A DNA stretch of 63,360 bases, filler included. It is 6 parts of 6 records of this genome, joined end to end, with 100 filler letters (N's around TTAATTAATTAA, not from the genome) between each part and the next. Parts side by side here need not be neighbours in the genome. Positions count along the whole stretch, not along the records: positions 1 to 10,005 come from SRR20825010_740; positions 10,106 to 27,967 come from SRR20825010_742; 4 more parts are not named here. One strand, 5' to 3'. Below the pieces are notes generated by a model. The model worked only from the letters and a program-made list of their open reading frames with translations. It did no database searches and was not told the origin of the DNA. Every line of letters begins with the position of its first letter. The stretch's first letter is position 1. The position numbers and the translations under genes were made by a program. Below are positions 1 to 11,027 of this stretch, piece by piece.

Positions 1-1
1 G

Positions 2-298
2 GGTGTGGGCCGCAAGACCGCCAACGTGGTTCTGAACACCGCGTTCGGGCAACCGGCAATGGCGGTGGATACCCACATCTTCCGGGTATCGAACAGAACG
101 GGGATTGCGCCGGGCAAGAACGTGCTGGAAGTGGAGAAGCGCCTGATGCGGCTGGTGCCCAGGGAGTTCCTGCTGGATGCCCATCACTGGCTGATCCTTC
201 ATGGGCGCTACACCTGTACAGCCAGGAAGCCCAAATGCGGCGCCTGCATCATCGAAGATCTGTGCGAATTCAAGCAGAAACGAGATTACATGGACTGA
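2..298 (+). CDS. nth: Endonuclease III (5'-partial)
   Basis: GVGRKTANVV HhH motif, VDTH, and C-terminal 4Fe-4S motif CTARKPKCGACIIEDLC. Confidence 0.95.
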   Translation, partial: GVGRKTANVVLNTAFGQPAMAVDTHIFRVSNRTGIAPGKNVLEVEKRLMRLVPREFLLDAHHWLILHGRYTCTARKPKCGACIIEDLCEFKQKRDYMD

Positions 299-340
299 CA
301 CCGGCCCCGGACAACCGGAACCGGTGCCCTTACCAGGCGC

Positions 341-916
341 TTACCGCTGGCCCAGCATCTTCTCTTTCAGATCTTCCTGGGCAGGCTCGTCTGACAACCA
401 GATGCCGAACAGGGCCTTCTTGAACTCCAGGTCGCCAATGGTAGCGCGTTCCTTGCCATTCTTAAGAACGCGCACGCCTTCACCCGGCAGGTAAACAAGA
501 TCAAAAACGTCACCGTCCTTGATCTCTTCTGAAAACACATCCAGGAACGCATCCACATCGTCCTTGATCGCGGCCAGGTCTCCCCCTGTGGAATTTTCAA
601 ACCCTTCCATTGTGGCGGATTTCATTTTGTCGCTGGTGATCATCCCGGAAATGATGTGCAGGGTGATGGCCTGGGGCTCGTCGGCGTTGATAATGGCCTG
701 ACCATCGTCGATGGTCTCGGGCACATACAGACCACCGATATAAAGGTCCATGAACCACTTGGAACGGGTACCCGCACCATTGAGCTTGAGCTCGGTATCC
801 ATCGCCGAGTAGGTATCCGGCACGTCAACGCCCTCCACCGTCAGGGCGGCGGCTGGTGTTGTAAGGGCTGCTGTCAGCAGCAGTGATGCAAATCCTGTTG
901 ATAGGGCCTTCTTCAT
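341..916 (-). CDS. Chalcone isomerase-like exported protein
   Basis: Start MKKALSTG after AGGA SD, signal peptide, LNGAGTRSKWFMDLY and FKKALFGIWL motifs; ORF-track start (997) looks over-extended. Confidence 0.8.
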   Translation of the reverse strand: MKKALSTGFASLLLTAALTTPAAALTVEGVDVPDTYSAMDTELKLNGAGTRSKWFMDLYIGGLYVPETIDDGQAIINADEPQAITLHIISGMITSDKMKSATMEGFENSTGGDLAAIKDDVDAFLDVFSEEIKDGDVFDLVYLPGEGVRVLKNGKERATIGDLEFKKALFGIWLSDEPAQEDLKEKMLGQR

Positions 917-1051
917 CGTCCTTTCCTTATTGATCGTTATTATTGAATGTCTGATTGCACCGGAGTTCGACACCCATATCCCCCTCCGGCCATCCAAGTT
1001 TAACAGGGAGCAAACGAACGCTTACGCCGGCTGGTTCTCATTTGGCAACGC

Positions 1052-1087
1052 AAAAAAAACCGGCCTGCAGACAGCGGGCCGGTTTTT
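1052..1087 (-). terminator. Intrinsic terminator after rpoS
   Basis: AAAAACCGGCCTGC / GCGGGCCGGTTTTT stem with A/T tracts on both sides. Confidence 0.85.
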
Positions 1088-1103
1088 GGTAGTACAGAAG
1101 CGA

Positions 1104-2105
1104 TTACTTGAACAGCATGGTTCCCGACAGGCCTTCCTTCTCCAGGATTTCGCGAAGGCGACGTAGCGCCTCCACCTGGATCTGGCGAACCCGCTCACGA
1201 GTCAGACCAATCTCCTGGCCTACTTCCTCAAGCGTGCTGATGGGGTAACCCCTCAAGCCAAAGCGACGGGAGAGAACTTCCTGCTGCTTGTCGCTGAGCT
1301 GATCGATCCACTTTTCGACACAGGAGCACATGTTGTTGTCCTGCAGCAGGTCGGCGGGATCGGAGGCGCCTTCGTCGGCGACGGTATCCAGAAGGGATTT
1401 TTCGCCGCCGGTACCAATAGGCGTGTCCATGGACGCAACGCGCTCGTTCAGGCCCAGCATCCGCTTAACGTCTGCTACCGGCTTGTCGACCATCCGCGCA
1501 ATTTCTTCCGCTGACGGCTCGTGGTCCAGCTTCTGGGTAAGCTCCCGTGCCGCGCGCAGGTACAGGTTGAGTTCCTTTACGACGTGGATGGGAAGGCGGA
1601 TGGTGCGGGTCTGGTTCATGATGGCCCGCTCAATGGTCTGGCGGATCCACCAGGTCGCGTAGGTGGAGAAACGGAAGCCCCTCTCGGGGTCAAACTTCTC
1701 TACCGCACGGATAAGCCCAAGGTTACCCTCTTCTATCAGGTCCAACAGTGTCAGACCACGGTTCACGTAACGCCGGGCAATCTTGACCACCAGGCGTAGA
1801 TTGCTCTCGATCATACGCTTGCGACCAGACTCCTCTCCTTTACGGGCGAGCCGTGCAAAGTACACTTCTTCTTCGGGTGTTAAAAGAGGAGAGAAACCGA
1901 TTTCGTTGAGATAAAGCTGGGTGGCGTCCAGTTGTTTCTGGCTGGTGAAGTATCGACCCTGGGCCGGGATGTCTTCTTCTGTTTCAACGGCTTCCACTTC
2001 GGCCGTTTCTTTTTCTTCTACTTTGTCCTCTGCTAACAGCTGATCATCTGCGTCTTCAACATCTGATACACGATCAATGATGAGTTCTTCATGCTCTGCT
2101 GACAT
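1104..2105 (-). CDS. rpoS: RNA polymerase sigma factor RpoS
   Basis: [37 protein letters not shown]; downstream of nlpD. Confidence 0.97.
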   Translation of the reverse strand: MSAEHEELIIDRVSDVEDADDQLLAEDKVEEKETAEVEAVETEEDIPAQGRYFTSQKQLDATQLYLNEIGFSPLLTPEEEVYFARLARKGEESGRKRMIESNLRLVVKIARRYVNRGLTLLDLIEEGNLGLIRAVEKFDPERGFRFSTYATWWIRQTIERAIMNQTRTIRLPIHVVKELNLYLRAARELTQKLDHEPSAEEIARMVDKPVADVKRMLGLNERVASMDTPIGTGGEKSLLDTVADEGASDPADLLQDNNMCSCVEKWIDQLSDKQQEVLSRRFGLRGYPISTLEEVGQEIGLTRERVRQIQVEALRRLREILEKEGLSGTMLFK

Positions 2106-2320
2106 AACTCTTTGCCCCGCCTTTCAATGATCCTGGAAATTCGCTCACGTCTTTTTGTTATTGCGAGCGCCTGCTTTCTTCGTGTTCTTGTTCAGGACAT
2201 TTATTGCTAGCTGTTGACGGTTGCCGGAACCGTCGTTTTTTTATTGTTTGTCTCGACTATTATCTTTCGTTGCCTCTGATTTTCGGTGCCGAACGCCAGG
2301 TTTTGTTCTGCCAATCCGTT

Positions 2321-3208
2321 TCATCGGGCCGGGAGGTAGTGGGCGGGGTCGACCGGGTTGCCATTTTTCCGGATTTCAAAATGCAACTTGGGCCTGTCCG
2401 TGCCGCTGTTTCCCAGTTCAGCGATGACCTGTCCGGCTTTAACGTCCTCCCCTTCCTGCACCAGAATCTTCCGGTTGTGAGCATAAGCACTCAAATAGTG
2501 CTCGTTGTGGTTCACTATGATCAAGTTGCCATAACCGAGCAACCCACTTCCAGCATAAACGACATTACCACTTGCCGCTGCCCTCACAGAGTCACCTGCT
2601 TTTCCAGCAATATCAATACCTTTATTGACTTTCCCGGATGTAGAATAACCTGCAATTACGGTGCCAACGTGGGGCCAGCGCCAGTTGACATTGGATACTG
2701 TCTGGCTTTGGCCCGTTAATGGTGACGACTTATCGGGCCGCCGCGAAACCGTCGGCTTTGGCTCCGGTTTGGGAGCAGGCTGTCGCGATGCGGTGCGGGT
2801 TGGTGGTCGCGAGACCGACGTTTTACTACTTCCGCCAGTCTGCGCTGTGGATGTTACATTTCCGCGAAGGTCCAGCCTGAGAACCTGCCCTGCCTTGATG
2901 TGGTAAGGCGGGCTTATACCATTGGCATTACCTAATTCCCGGTAGTCACGGCCGTACCGCCAGGCGATGCTATAGAGCGTTTCCCCGGATTTGACAACGT
3001 GGCGGCCCCAGTACACTGGCGGGTTGTAGAGGTCATCACGGTAGATTGCCTGCGTGTTGCAGCCAGTCAGCAGCATGGCGCCAAAAAGCACAAGCAGAAA
3101 GGTGTAGAGGCGCGTCCGTTTTTTTGAACACGGAGAGGCAGGGGCACCGGAGGGGAGCCGCGGGAAGACTGCCGTCGCAGCAATGATGGACCCACGCACT
3201 AATCTCAA
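2321..3208 (-). CDS. nlpD: LysM/M23 lipoprotein NlpD (start uncertain)
   Basis: Lipobox LLTGC, LysM (VKSGETLYSIAW), M23 domain (NKGIDIAG, YLSAYAHN, LHFEIR); synteny with rpoS. Confidence 0.9.
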   Translation of the reverse strand: MRLVRGSIIAATAVFPRLPSGAPASPCSKKRTRLYTFLLVLFGAMLLTGCNTQAIYRDDLYNPPVYWGRHVVKSGETLYSIAWRYGRDYRELGNANGISPPYHIKAGQVLRLDLRGNVTSTAQTGGSSKTSVSRPPTRTASRQPAPKPEPKPTVSRRPDKSSPLTGQSQTVSNVNWRWPHVGTVIAGYSTSGKVNKGIDIAGKAGDSVRAAASGNVVYAGSGLLGYGNLIIVNHNEHYLSAYAHNRKILVQEGEDVKAGQVIAELGNSGTDRPKLHFEIRKNGNPVDPAHYLPAR

Positions 3209-3428
3209 AAGAATAAAAATACGCCCGTTATTAGTAATTCGTATAAAAAATTCGGCGGTTTATAAAGTGTTTTAAGTAACTTGCTAATTTATTGCACATT
3301 TTGGGCATGAAACCAAGTTACCCATCTGTTGCGTTTGTTACTGCCCGAAACAACCGTACGGATGAAAAAGTAACACTTAGTCTCGATACGCCCGTGAACG
3401 CCGTCACAACAGCGAGCAGAAAACCAGG

Positions 3429-4409
3429 CTAGCGGGCGGCGCCAGGCTGCTTTTTCCTGCCCACCCATTCCACCAGCAAAACCAGCAACAGACCGGCGAA
3501 CGCACAGGTTATCGCCAGCAGTAATTGTGACTCGTCACCGGTCAACTCAGCATAGCCCATCGGACTGACGCTTGCTTCGTTCAGGGGCACCTGCTGGCCG
3601 GCACTGTTGGTGCGCCAGCTTAGTGTCTCTTTCCAGGGCCAGACCTTGTTCAGCGCCCCCACCATAAAGCCAGTCAACAACGCCAGCACAAGGTCATGGT
3701 AGCGATGGAACGCCCAGGTAATGAGCCGGGCAACCGACAGTAAACCGACCAGGCAACCAACAGCGAAAATCCCGAGGATGCCCAGATCCAGGGAACGTAT
3801 GGCGTCCAGCACCGGGACGTACATACCCAGAATCACCAGGATAAAACTGCCGGAGATTCCTGGCAGGATCATGGCGCAAATGGCCAGGGCCCCGGCACCG
3901 AAGAACACCGGCATCGAGGGCGACAACGGGCTGCCAGACAAAGTCGTTACCCACCAGGCAAAAACGGTTCCCACCGAAAATGGCAACAGCAACAATGGCT
4001 CATAACGACGAACCTGACGGCCGACGTGCCACACTGACGCGACGATCAGGCCGAAGAAAAAACTCCAGATAAGGATCGGATAAGCGGCAAGGGCATGACT
4101 GATCACGGACGCGAGGGTGGCAATACTGCCCAGGATCCCCGCCAGCAGACACAGTAGGAAGGTGCCGTCACACGCCGCCCAGAATTGCCTCACCTGACCA
4201 CGGATCAGATGCTGGAAGAAGGCTTGTGGAACGGCATTGATGGCTTCCAGCAACCGGAAGTAGATGCCGGTAATGAATGCAATGGTGCCACCCGACACGC
4301 CGGGGACGATATCAGCCGCCCCCATGGCCATGCCCCTCAGGAATACCGCAAAGGGATGATGGGAGTGAGGTACGTCGGCAGAAGACTCAGAGGGGCGTTC
4401 TGCGGTCAC
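3429..4409 (-). CDS. DUF368 family membrane protein
   Basis: GMAMGAADIVPGVSGGTIA and AMILPGISGS repeats, multiple TM segments. Confidence 0.88.
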   Translation of the reverse strand: MTAERPSESSADVPHSHHPFAVFLRGMAMGAADIVPGVSGGTIAFITGIYFRLLEAINAVPQAFFQHLIRGQVRQFWAACDGTFLLCLLAGILGSIATLASVISHALAAYPILIWSFFFGLIVASVWHVGRQVRRYEPLLLLPFSVGTVFAWWVTTLSGSPLSPSMPVFFGAGALAICAMILPGISGSFILVILGMYVPVLDAIRSLDLGILGIFAVGCLVGLLSVARLITWAFHRYHDLVLALLTGFMVGALNKVWPWKETLSWRTNSAGQQVPLNEASVSPMGYAELTGDESQLLLAITCAFAGLLLVLLVEWVGRKKQPGAAR

Positions 4410-5062
4410 CGTACAACCCCACCCAACAGGGGCACAAAACGCACCGGTTCAATATCCCTGGTCTCGAAACGGTCGCCCTGGCGTACCATTTCCACCAACA
4501 TCTGTGTGCCCTCGCCGATCGGCGCCACAATAACGCCTCCATCCGCCAGCTGATCTTTCAGTTCCGGCGGGATCTCACGGGGTGCCGCGGTGACGATGAT
4601 GCCGTCAAACGGCCCCTGTTCTGGCCACCCCATACCTCCGTCTGCGTGCTTGAGCATCGTGTTACGGTAGCCAAGCTGTCGAAGCCGGTCACGGGCCCGG
4701 TCCTGGAGCGGTTTGATGCGCTCAACGCTGAAAACCTGATCCACCAACCCGGCAAGGATCGCGGTCTGGTAGCCCGACCCGGTTCCCAGTTCCAGCACTT
4801 TCCGGGGTTTGTGGTGCATCAGGGATTCTGTCATTCGCGCGACAATATAAGGCTGAGACAGGGTCTGACTGTAGCCAATGGGCAGCGCAGTATCTTCGTA
4901 GGCCCTATGGGAAAGCGCTTCATCAAGGAATATGTGACGCGGCACGTCCGCCATGGCCGTAAGCACCTGCTCATCGGCTATACCAGCCTCTCTGAGCCTT
5001 TGTATCAGTCGCATACGGGTTCGGCGGGACGTCATTCCAATACCGTCAATCGCTGCCACCAT
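4406..5062 (-). CDS. pcm: Protein-L-isoaspartate O-methyltransferase
   Basis: PRHIFLDEA, QTLSQPYIVA, VLELGTGSGYQ. Confidence 0.96.
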   Translation of the reverse strand: MVAAIDGIGMTSRRTRMRLIQRLREAGIADEQVLTAMADVPRHIFLDEALSHRAYEDTALPIGYSQTLSQPYIVARMTESLMHHKPRKVLELGTGSGYQTAILAGLVDQVFSVERIKPLQDRARDRLRQLGYRNTMLKHADGGMGWPEQGPFDGIIVTAAPREIPPELKDQLADGGVIVAPIGEGTQMLVEMVRQGDRFETRDIEPVRFVPLLGGVVR

Positions 5063-5826
5063 TAACGTCCCTCCCGTCCTGACAGCAACTCAACCCACTC
5101 TCGCAGTGGCGACAGTACCTCATGGCGCGTCATATCCACGTGGACGGGAGTGATCGAAACGTAATTCTCGCGCACTGCGTTGAAATCGGTCCCCGGTCCG
5201 GCGTCGCTGCCCTTGCCAGCGGCACCGATCCAGTAACGGGACTTGCCCCGGGGGCAGGTCATCGGCACCGCGCCTTCAGCCCGGTCGCGATGGCCAAGCC
5301 GGGTCACGCGGAAGCCGGCAATCTCTTCCCATGGCACATCGGGAACGTTCACATTGAGAATGCATCGAGGACCAAGAGTTAACGGCTGATCGCTTTCCAG
5401 CAACGCGCGAACAACCCTGGCCGCCGTTTCGTAGTGGAAACGGCCTTCGTTCACCAGCGATACCGCTATTGCTGGCAACCCCAGGTTTCTGCCCTCGGTG
5501 GCAGCGGCCACCGTACCCGAATAGATAATATCGTCGCCAAGGTTGGCGTGGGTATTGATGCCCGAGACCACTCGATCAAACGGCTCTTCAAACAGCCCGT
5601 TAACCGCAAGGTGAACGCAATCTGTCGGGGTCCCGTCCACGGACCGGAAGCCATTGGGATGGTCTTCCACCGTTAGCGGGCGGCTCAGCGTCAAGGCATT
5701 GCTGGCACCGCTATGGTCCCTATCCGGTGCCACAACTTCAAGATGGCCCAGCCCCTGGAGCCCGTCGTGTAGGGCCTGAAGACCAGGCGAATGAACGCCA
5801 TCATCATTGGACAACAGAATTCGCAC
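5062..5826 (-). CDS. surE: 5'/3'-nucleotidase SurE
   Basis: GTG start after [28 protein letters not shown] motifs. Confidence 0.95.
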   Translation of the reverse strand: MRILLSNDDGVHSPGLQALHDGLQGLGHLEVVAPDRDHSGASNALTLSRPLTVEDHPNGFRSVDGTPTDCVHLAVNGLFEEPFDRVVSGINTHANLGDDIIYSGTVAAATEGRNLGLPAIAVSLVNEGRFHYETAARVVRALLESDQPLTLGPRCILNVNVPDVPWEEIAGFRVTRLGHRDRAEGAVPMTCPRGKSRYWIGAAGKGSDAGPGTDFNAVRENYVSITPVHVDMTRHEVLSPLREWVELLSGREGR

Positions 5827-6904
5827 AATTTTCTCCAATAAACGTGGTTGCGTCCGTTATATCAAACACATCGTCCAGCAACGTTGTTGCGTATTGCCCC
5901 GGCGCAAGCCGGAACGACAACCGCAACTGGTCATTGCCGTCCCAATGCCACTCCAGACCTTCCGGTTTCAGGCTCAGCGGCCGACGCTCAGGCTTCATGC
6001 GGGTGGTTGAAAACACCGCTGCCAGCTGCGGGTGCTCCGCAACCACGGAACGCTCGATTTCGCCCTGGACCGACACTGCCTCGGTGCCACCGTCGCCCCA
6101 GAGAGGACCTGTCACCATCAGGTTCTGATTTTCACACGCGCCAGGCTCTCCCTCCAGAGGTTCCAGCCAGGTGCCAGTCTCAACACGATGGGCGAGCACC
6201 TCGTTGAATAACCACGAACGTGCCGCCGAAAAGTACAATACGTTCTTACTGTCGCGACTGCCAGAGGTTGACCGCCCTCGCCCACGCTTTTTGACATTGC
6301 GACCACTCCGACGGTTCAGTGTTGTCGGGTCCATGGTCAGCGCCCTATCCAGATTGGCACCGCCATGGCCAAACCGTTGCGAACCGAAATAATTCGGGCA
6401 TCCGAGGTCCCGCAACCGGGCCAGAGCCGCATCGATAGCAGATGTGTCGCCGACCACGTCCTTTAGCACCAGCTCAAACCGGTTGCCCTGATGATCGCCC
6501 CGCCTCAGTTTTCGAGCCTGGCGGTACTGAGCCAATACCGGCCAGTGTTCCTCCACCGCCTGGATGAACGCCCCATCGTCGTCTTCCTGTCCCGGCCGAT
6601 AAAGGCTAAACCACTGACGCGTGACCGCATGACGGTCCTTCAGCCCGCAAAAACCCACGTCGAAATGCCGACAGCCGCAGATATTAGCAAGCTGCCGCGC
6701 CACGTAGTCGGTGTTGTCCCCGACTTTTTCCAGACGCAGGCACAGGTGCTCTCCCCCGCCGCCACTGTCATCGGGCATAGACAGATCTTCATCCACGAAA
6801 AAGTCGCCGGGGAGCGATTTGATACGCGCCGAAGCCACCCGAGAGCCCGAGGAGGTTGGCCAGTCGAGTCGCCAGCCGTTGGAAGCGTGCTGAGCATCCG
6901 TCAT
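5804..6904 (-). CDS. truD: tRNA pseudouridine(13) synthase TruD
   Basis: [31 protein letters not shown] overlaps ispF stop (ATGA). Confidence 0.93.
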   Translation of the reverse strand: MTDAQHASNGWRLDWPTSSGSRVASARIKSLPGDFFVDEDLSMPDDSGGGGEHLCLRLEKVGDNTDYVARQLANICGCRHFDVGFCGLKDRHAVTRQWFSLYRPGQEDDDGAFIQAVEEHWPVLAQYRQARKLRRGDHQGNRFELVLKDVVGDTSAIDAALARLRDLGCPNYFGSQRFGHGGANLDRALTMDPTTLNRRSGRNVKKRGRGRSTSGSRDSKNVLYFSAARSWLFNEVLAHRVETGTWLEPLEGEPGACENQNLMVTGPLWGDGGTEAVSVQGEIERSVVAEHPQLAAVFSTTRMKPERRPLSLKPEGLEWHWDGNDQLRLSFRLAPGQYATTLLDDVFDITDATTFIGENCANSVVQ

Positions 6905-7380
6905 GATGAAACCGGCTCCAGCAGGCAAACCGCCTGGCACGCAATGCCCTCACCGCGGCCGGCAAAGCCCAGCTTTTCGGTGGTGGTCGCCTTGACGCTG
7001 ACCCGGCTCGCCGGGATGGCAAGATCCTCAGCAATGGTCAACCGCATGGCCTCAATATGGGGCGCCATTTTCGGGGCCTGGGCAATAATGGTGGCATCCA
7101 CGTTACCGACACCAAACCCTTCACCGGCAACACGCTCCATCACGCGGCGCAGCAAGTCCCGGCTGTCCGCTCCCGCCCACTCATCACTGGTATCGGGAAA
7201 CAGATGACCGATGTCGCCCAGGGCCACGGCACCCAACAGGGCATCTGCAAGGGCGTGCAAAAGCACGTCCCCGTCGGAATGGGCCTTGAGGGCATGGGTG
7301 TGCGGAATGGTCACACCGCCAATAACGACTTGATTTCCCTCACAGAAAGCATGGACATCAAAGCCCTGCCCGATTCGCAT
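6901..7380 (-). CDS. ispF: 2-C-methyl-D-erythritol 2,4-cyclodiphosphate synthase
   Basis: [29 protein letters not shown]. Confidence 0.97.
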   Translation of the reverse strand: MRIGQGFDVHAFCEGNQVVIGGVTIPHTHALKAHSDGDVLLHALADALLGAVALGDIGHLFPDTSDEWAGADSRDLLRRVMERVAGEGFGVGNVDATIIAQAPKMAPHIEAMRLTIAEDLAIPASRVSVKATTTEKLGFAGRGEGIACQAVCLLEPVSS

Positions 7381-7422
7381 AGTGCTGTTTCCTTTTCAAT
7401 CAGTAACGATGCAGGCTTGCCG

Positions 7423-8121
7423 CTAGAGACGGCTGAGGATAAAACCGGCCAGTGCCAGATCAGCGGGTACCGTAATCTTTATATTATCCGGTCGCCCCTC
7501 AACGATACAGGGAACATTGCCTGCGTATTCCATGGCCGAGGCTTCATCGGTCACCGGGTAACCTGACGCAATGGCAGCTTTCAGAGCCATCCTCAAGGCG
7601 CCACAACGGAACATTTGAGGAGTCAGGGCGCGCCACAGATGACGACGGTCGATGGTTGTCTCCACCTGATTGCTGTCACTTGCCACAAGTTTGAGCGTAT
7701 CGGCCACCGGCGTCGCCAGCAAGCCACCCACAGGGTGATCCTGAAGTTGGGTCAGCAATCGTTCGAGGTCATTGGGATGCAGGCAAGGCCGGGCGGCATC
7801 GTGTACCAGCACCCAATCGTCGTCATCCGCCCGAGAGGCCAGTGCCTCAAGCGCAGACAATACCGAATCCGCACGCTCAGCGCCCCCGGCACAGGACTCT
7901 ATACGTGCGTTAGAACTGGCTGCAGTTTCCGGCCACCAGGGATCGTCCGCGCGAATAGCGACCACACAACCTGAAAAATCAGCATTGTCCAATAACCTGG
8001 AGAGAGTGATATCAAGGATATATTGATGGTCCAGCCTGAGATACTGCTTCGGGCAGTCTGCCTTCATTCGCTGGCCGGAACCGGCGGCGGGAACAATCAA
8101 CCAATAGCGGGGTTTACTCAT
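7423..8121 (-). CDS. ispD: 2-C-methyl-D-erythritol 4-phosphate cytidylyltransferase
   Basis: PAAGSGQRM, PKQYL, VLVHDAARP, NIKIT. Confidence 0.96.
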   Translation of the reverse strand: MSKPRYWLIVPAAGSGQRMKADCPKQYLRLDHQYILDITLSRLLDNADFSGCVVAIRADDPWWPETAASSNARIESCAGGAERADSVLSALEALASRADDDDWVLVHDAARPCLHPNDLERLLTQLQDHPVGGLLATPVADTLKLVASDSNQVETTIDRRHLWRALTPQMFRCGALRMALKAAIASGYPVTDEASAMEYAGNVPCIVEGRPDNIKITVPADLALAGFILSRL

Positions 8122-8160
8122 GGACGTGGTCAGCTTTGATCGGCCTGGCTTGCGGCTGGG

Positions 8161-8433
8161 TTACTGCTCGACCACCAGGAAGAAGGTTTCATCGTTGCGG
8201 ATCAGCCCCAGGTTCATGCGGGCACGTTCTTCAACCGCACCTTTCTCGCCGCGGAGGTTACGAACTTCCGCATAGAGACGCTCATTGCGGGCTGAAAGCT
8301 CGGCGTTTTCCTCGCGCTGCTCGGCAATGGCGTTCTCCAGTCCCCATACCTGGGCAAAACTACCTTCCCCAACCCACAGGCGCACCTGCAGCAGGAGAAT
8401 AAGAATAATCATGATGGACCAGAGTAACTTCAT
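8161..8433 (-). CDS. ftsB: Cell division protein FtsB
   Basis: N-terminal TM, coiled coil, EERARMNLGLI; between eno and ispD. Confidence 0.92.
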   Translation of the reverse strand: MKLLWSIMIILILLLQVRLWVGEGSFAQVWGLENAIAEQREENAELSARNERLYAEVRNLRGEKGAVEERARMNLGLIRNDETFFLVVEQ

Positions 8434-8519
8434 TGCGAATTCCGTTTACGATGCATCAACCGGACAGTAAGTATAGACCTTAGTGTAGTTTAGCAACAAG
8501 TTCTGCTAACCAGTTGTAC

Positions 8520-8564
8520 AAAAAGGCCATCATGCCTCACATTTTGAGGATCACGATGGCCTTT
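8520..8564 (-). terminator. Intrinsic terminator after eno
   Basis: AAAGGCCATC...GATGGCCTTT inverted repeat with T-tract on the minus strand. Confidence 0.7.
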
Positions 8565-8616
8565 CCGGATCGGTTACCTGTCAGCATCCCGCCGACAGGG
8601 TATCCTTCACAGGCGA

Positions 8617-9936
<1,320 letters not shown>

Positions 9937-9954
9937 TCAAAATTGGGAGTAAGA

Positions 9955-10005
9955 GCGAGCGGGAACGGCCCTACGAAAAACGCTACAAGCACATCCCTGT
10001 GCGCT
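9955..10005. repeat. Truncated REP/MITE-like palindromic element at the contig end
   Basis: CGCTACAAGCACATCCCTGTGCGCT with hairpin GCACA-TCCC-TGTGC; contig breaks inside it, as expected for a multicopy repeat. Confidence 0.5.
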
Positions 10006-10105
10006 NNNNNNNNNNNNNNNNNNNNNNNNNNNNNNNNNNNNNNNNNNNNTTAATTAATTAANNNNNNNNNNNNNNNNNNNNNNNNNNNNNNNNNNNNNNN
10101 NNNNN
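10006..10105. other. Artificial contig linker
   Basis: 44 N + TTAATTAATTAA (stops in all six frames) + 44 N. Confidence 0.98.
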
Positions 10106-10106
10106 G

Positions 10107-10949
10107 CGTGGCCCGGGTGAAACCCAGTTGGAGACGGACCGGCGGTTGCTGCGGGAGCGTATCAAGTCCATTCATCGCCGCCTTGAAAAGGTCCGTAAAC
10201 AGCGTAACCAGGGTCGCCGGGCCCGGATGCGTGCGGATATTCCAACCGTCTCACTGGTGGGCTACACCAACGCGGGCAAGTCCACGCTGTTTAACCGCAT
10301 AACAACGTCAACCGTTTACGCGGCGGATCAGCTGTTTGCGACCCTGGACCCGACGCTGAGGCGCCTGGAACTTCCTGACATTGGCCCGGTCGTAATGGCC
10401 GACACTGTCGGCTTTATCCGTCATCTTCCCCACAAGCTGGTTGAAGCCTTCCGTGCCACCCTGGAAGAAACCACCGAAGCCTCAATTCTGCTCCACATAA
10501 TCGACTGCCACGATCACCGGCGTGACGAGAACATGGAGCAGGTGGAAGAAGTGCTGGCAGAAATAGGTGCTGACGAGATTCCGGTGCTGCAGGTTTTCAA
10601 CAAGATTGACCTGCTGGACAACTTCCAGCCGCGGGTTGAGCGCAACGAAGATGGCGTTCCCGTGCGTGTCTGGGTTTCTGCGGTCACCGGGGAAGGTCTT
10701 GAAGGCCTGTTTGATACCATCGTCGAACGATTGGCGGAGGACGTGATCCATCAATTCGTACTGCTGGGCCCGACGGACGGCAAGTTGCGGGCGCTTTTGC
10801 ATGAAGCGGGCTCTGTCGTGACGGAAAGTCACCGCGATAGCGGGGATTCGGTACTGGAAGTACGCCTTCAGCATCGTGACTGGTTACAGCTTTTGAGCCG
10901 CGCTGGCGTGCGCGAAAATGATGTAAGGCTTGAAGAACAACGTACATAG
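10107..10949 (+). CDS. hflX: Ribosome rescue GTPase HflX (5'-partial)
   Basis: RGPGETQLE, GYTNAGKST, DQLFATLD, DTVGFI, NKID. Confidence 0.96.
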   Translation, partial: RGPGETQLETDRRLLRERIKSIHRRLEKVRKQRNQGRRARMRADIPTVSLVGYTNAGKSTLFNRITTSTVYAADQLFATLDPTLRRLELPDIGPVVMADTVGFIRHLPHKLVEAFRATLEETTEASILLHIIDCHDHRRDENMEQVEEVLAEIGADEIPVLQVFNKIDLLDNFQPRVERNEDGVPVRVWVSAVTGEGLEGLFDTIVERLAEDVIHQFVLLGPTDGKLRALLHEAGSVVTESHRDSGDSVLEVRLQHRDWLQLLSRAGVRENDVRLEEQRT

Positions 10950-11027
10950 GCCGGCTGTGCTATTGCCGGGGCGCTTATAAATCCCTAGTATTTGCAGCCA
11001 TTCGATTAGTTTGGAACGGAGAACACT

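Noticed and set aside
3209-3428. AT-rich nlpD upstream region with GTAAC/GTTAC motifs, as a possible sRNA or operator array
   Set aside because: Spacing between motifs is inconsistent and there is no clear structure or terminator; most likely an ordinary promoter region.
6240-6320. Arg/Lys-rich insertion in TruD ([14 protein letters not shown])
   Set aside because: In-frame low-complexity loop in a variable region of TruD; no sign of an intein or inserted element.
10050-10061. TTAATTAATTAA repeated five times in the window
   Set aside because: Always centred in N runs with 44 N on each side; a synthetic six-frame-stop linker, not a biological repeat or CRISPR.
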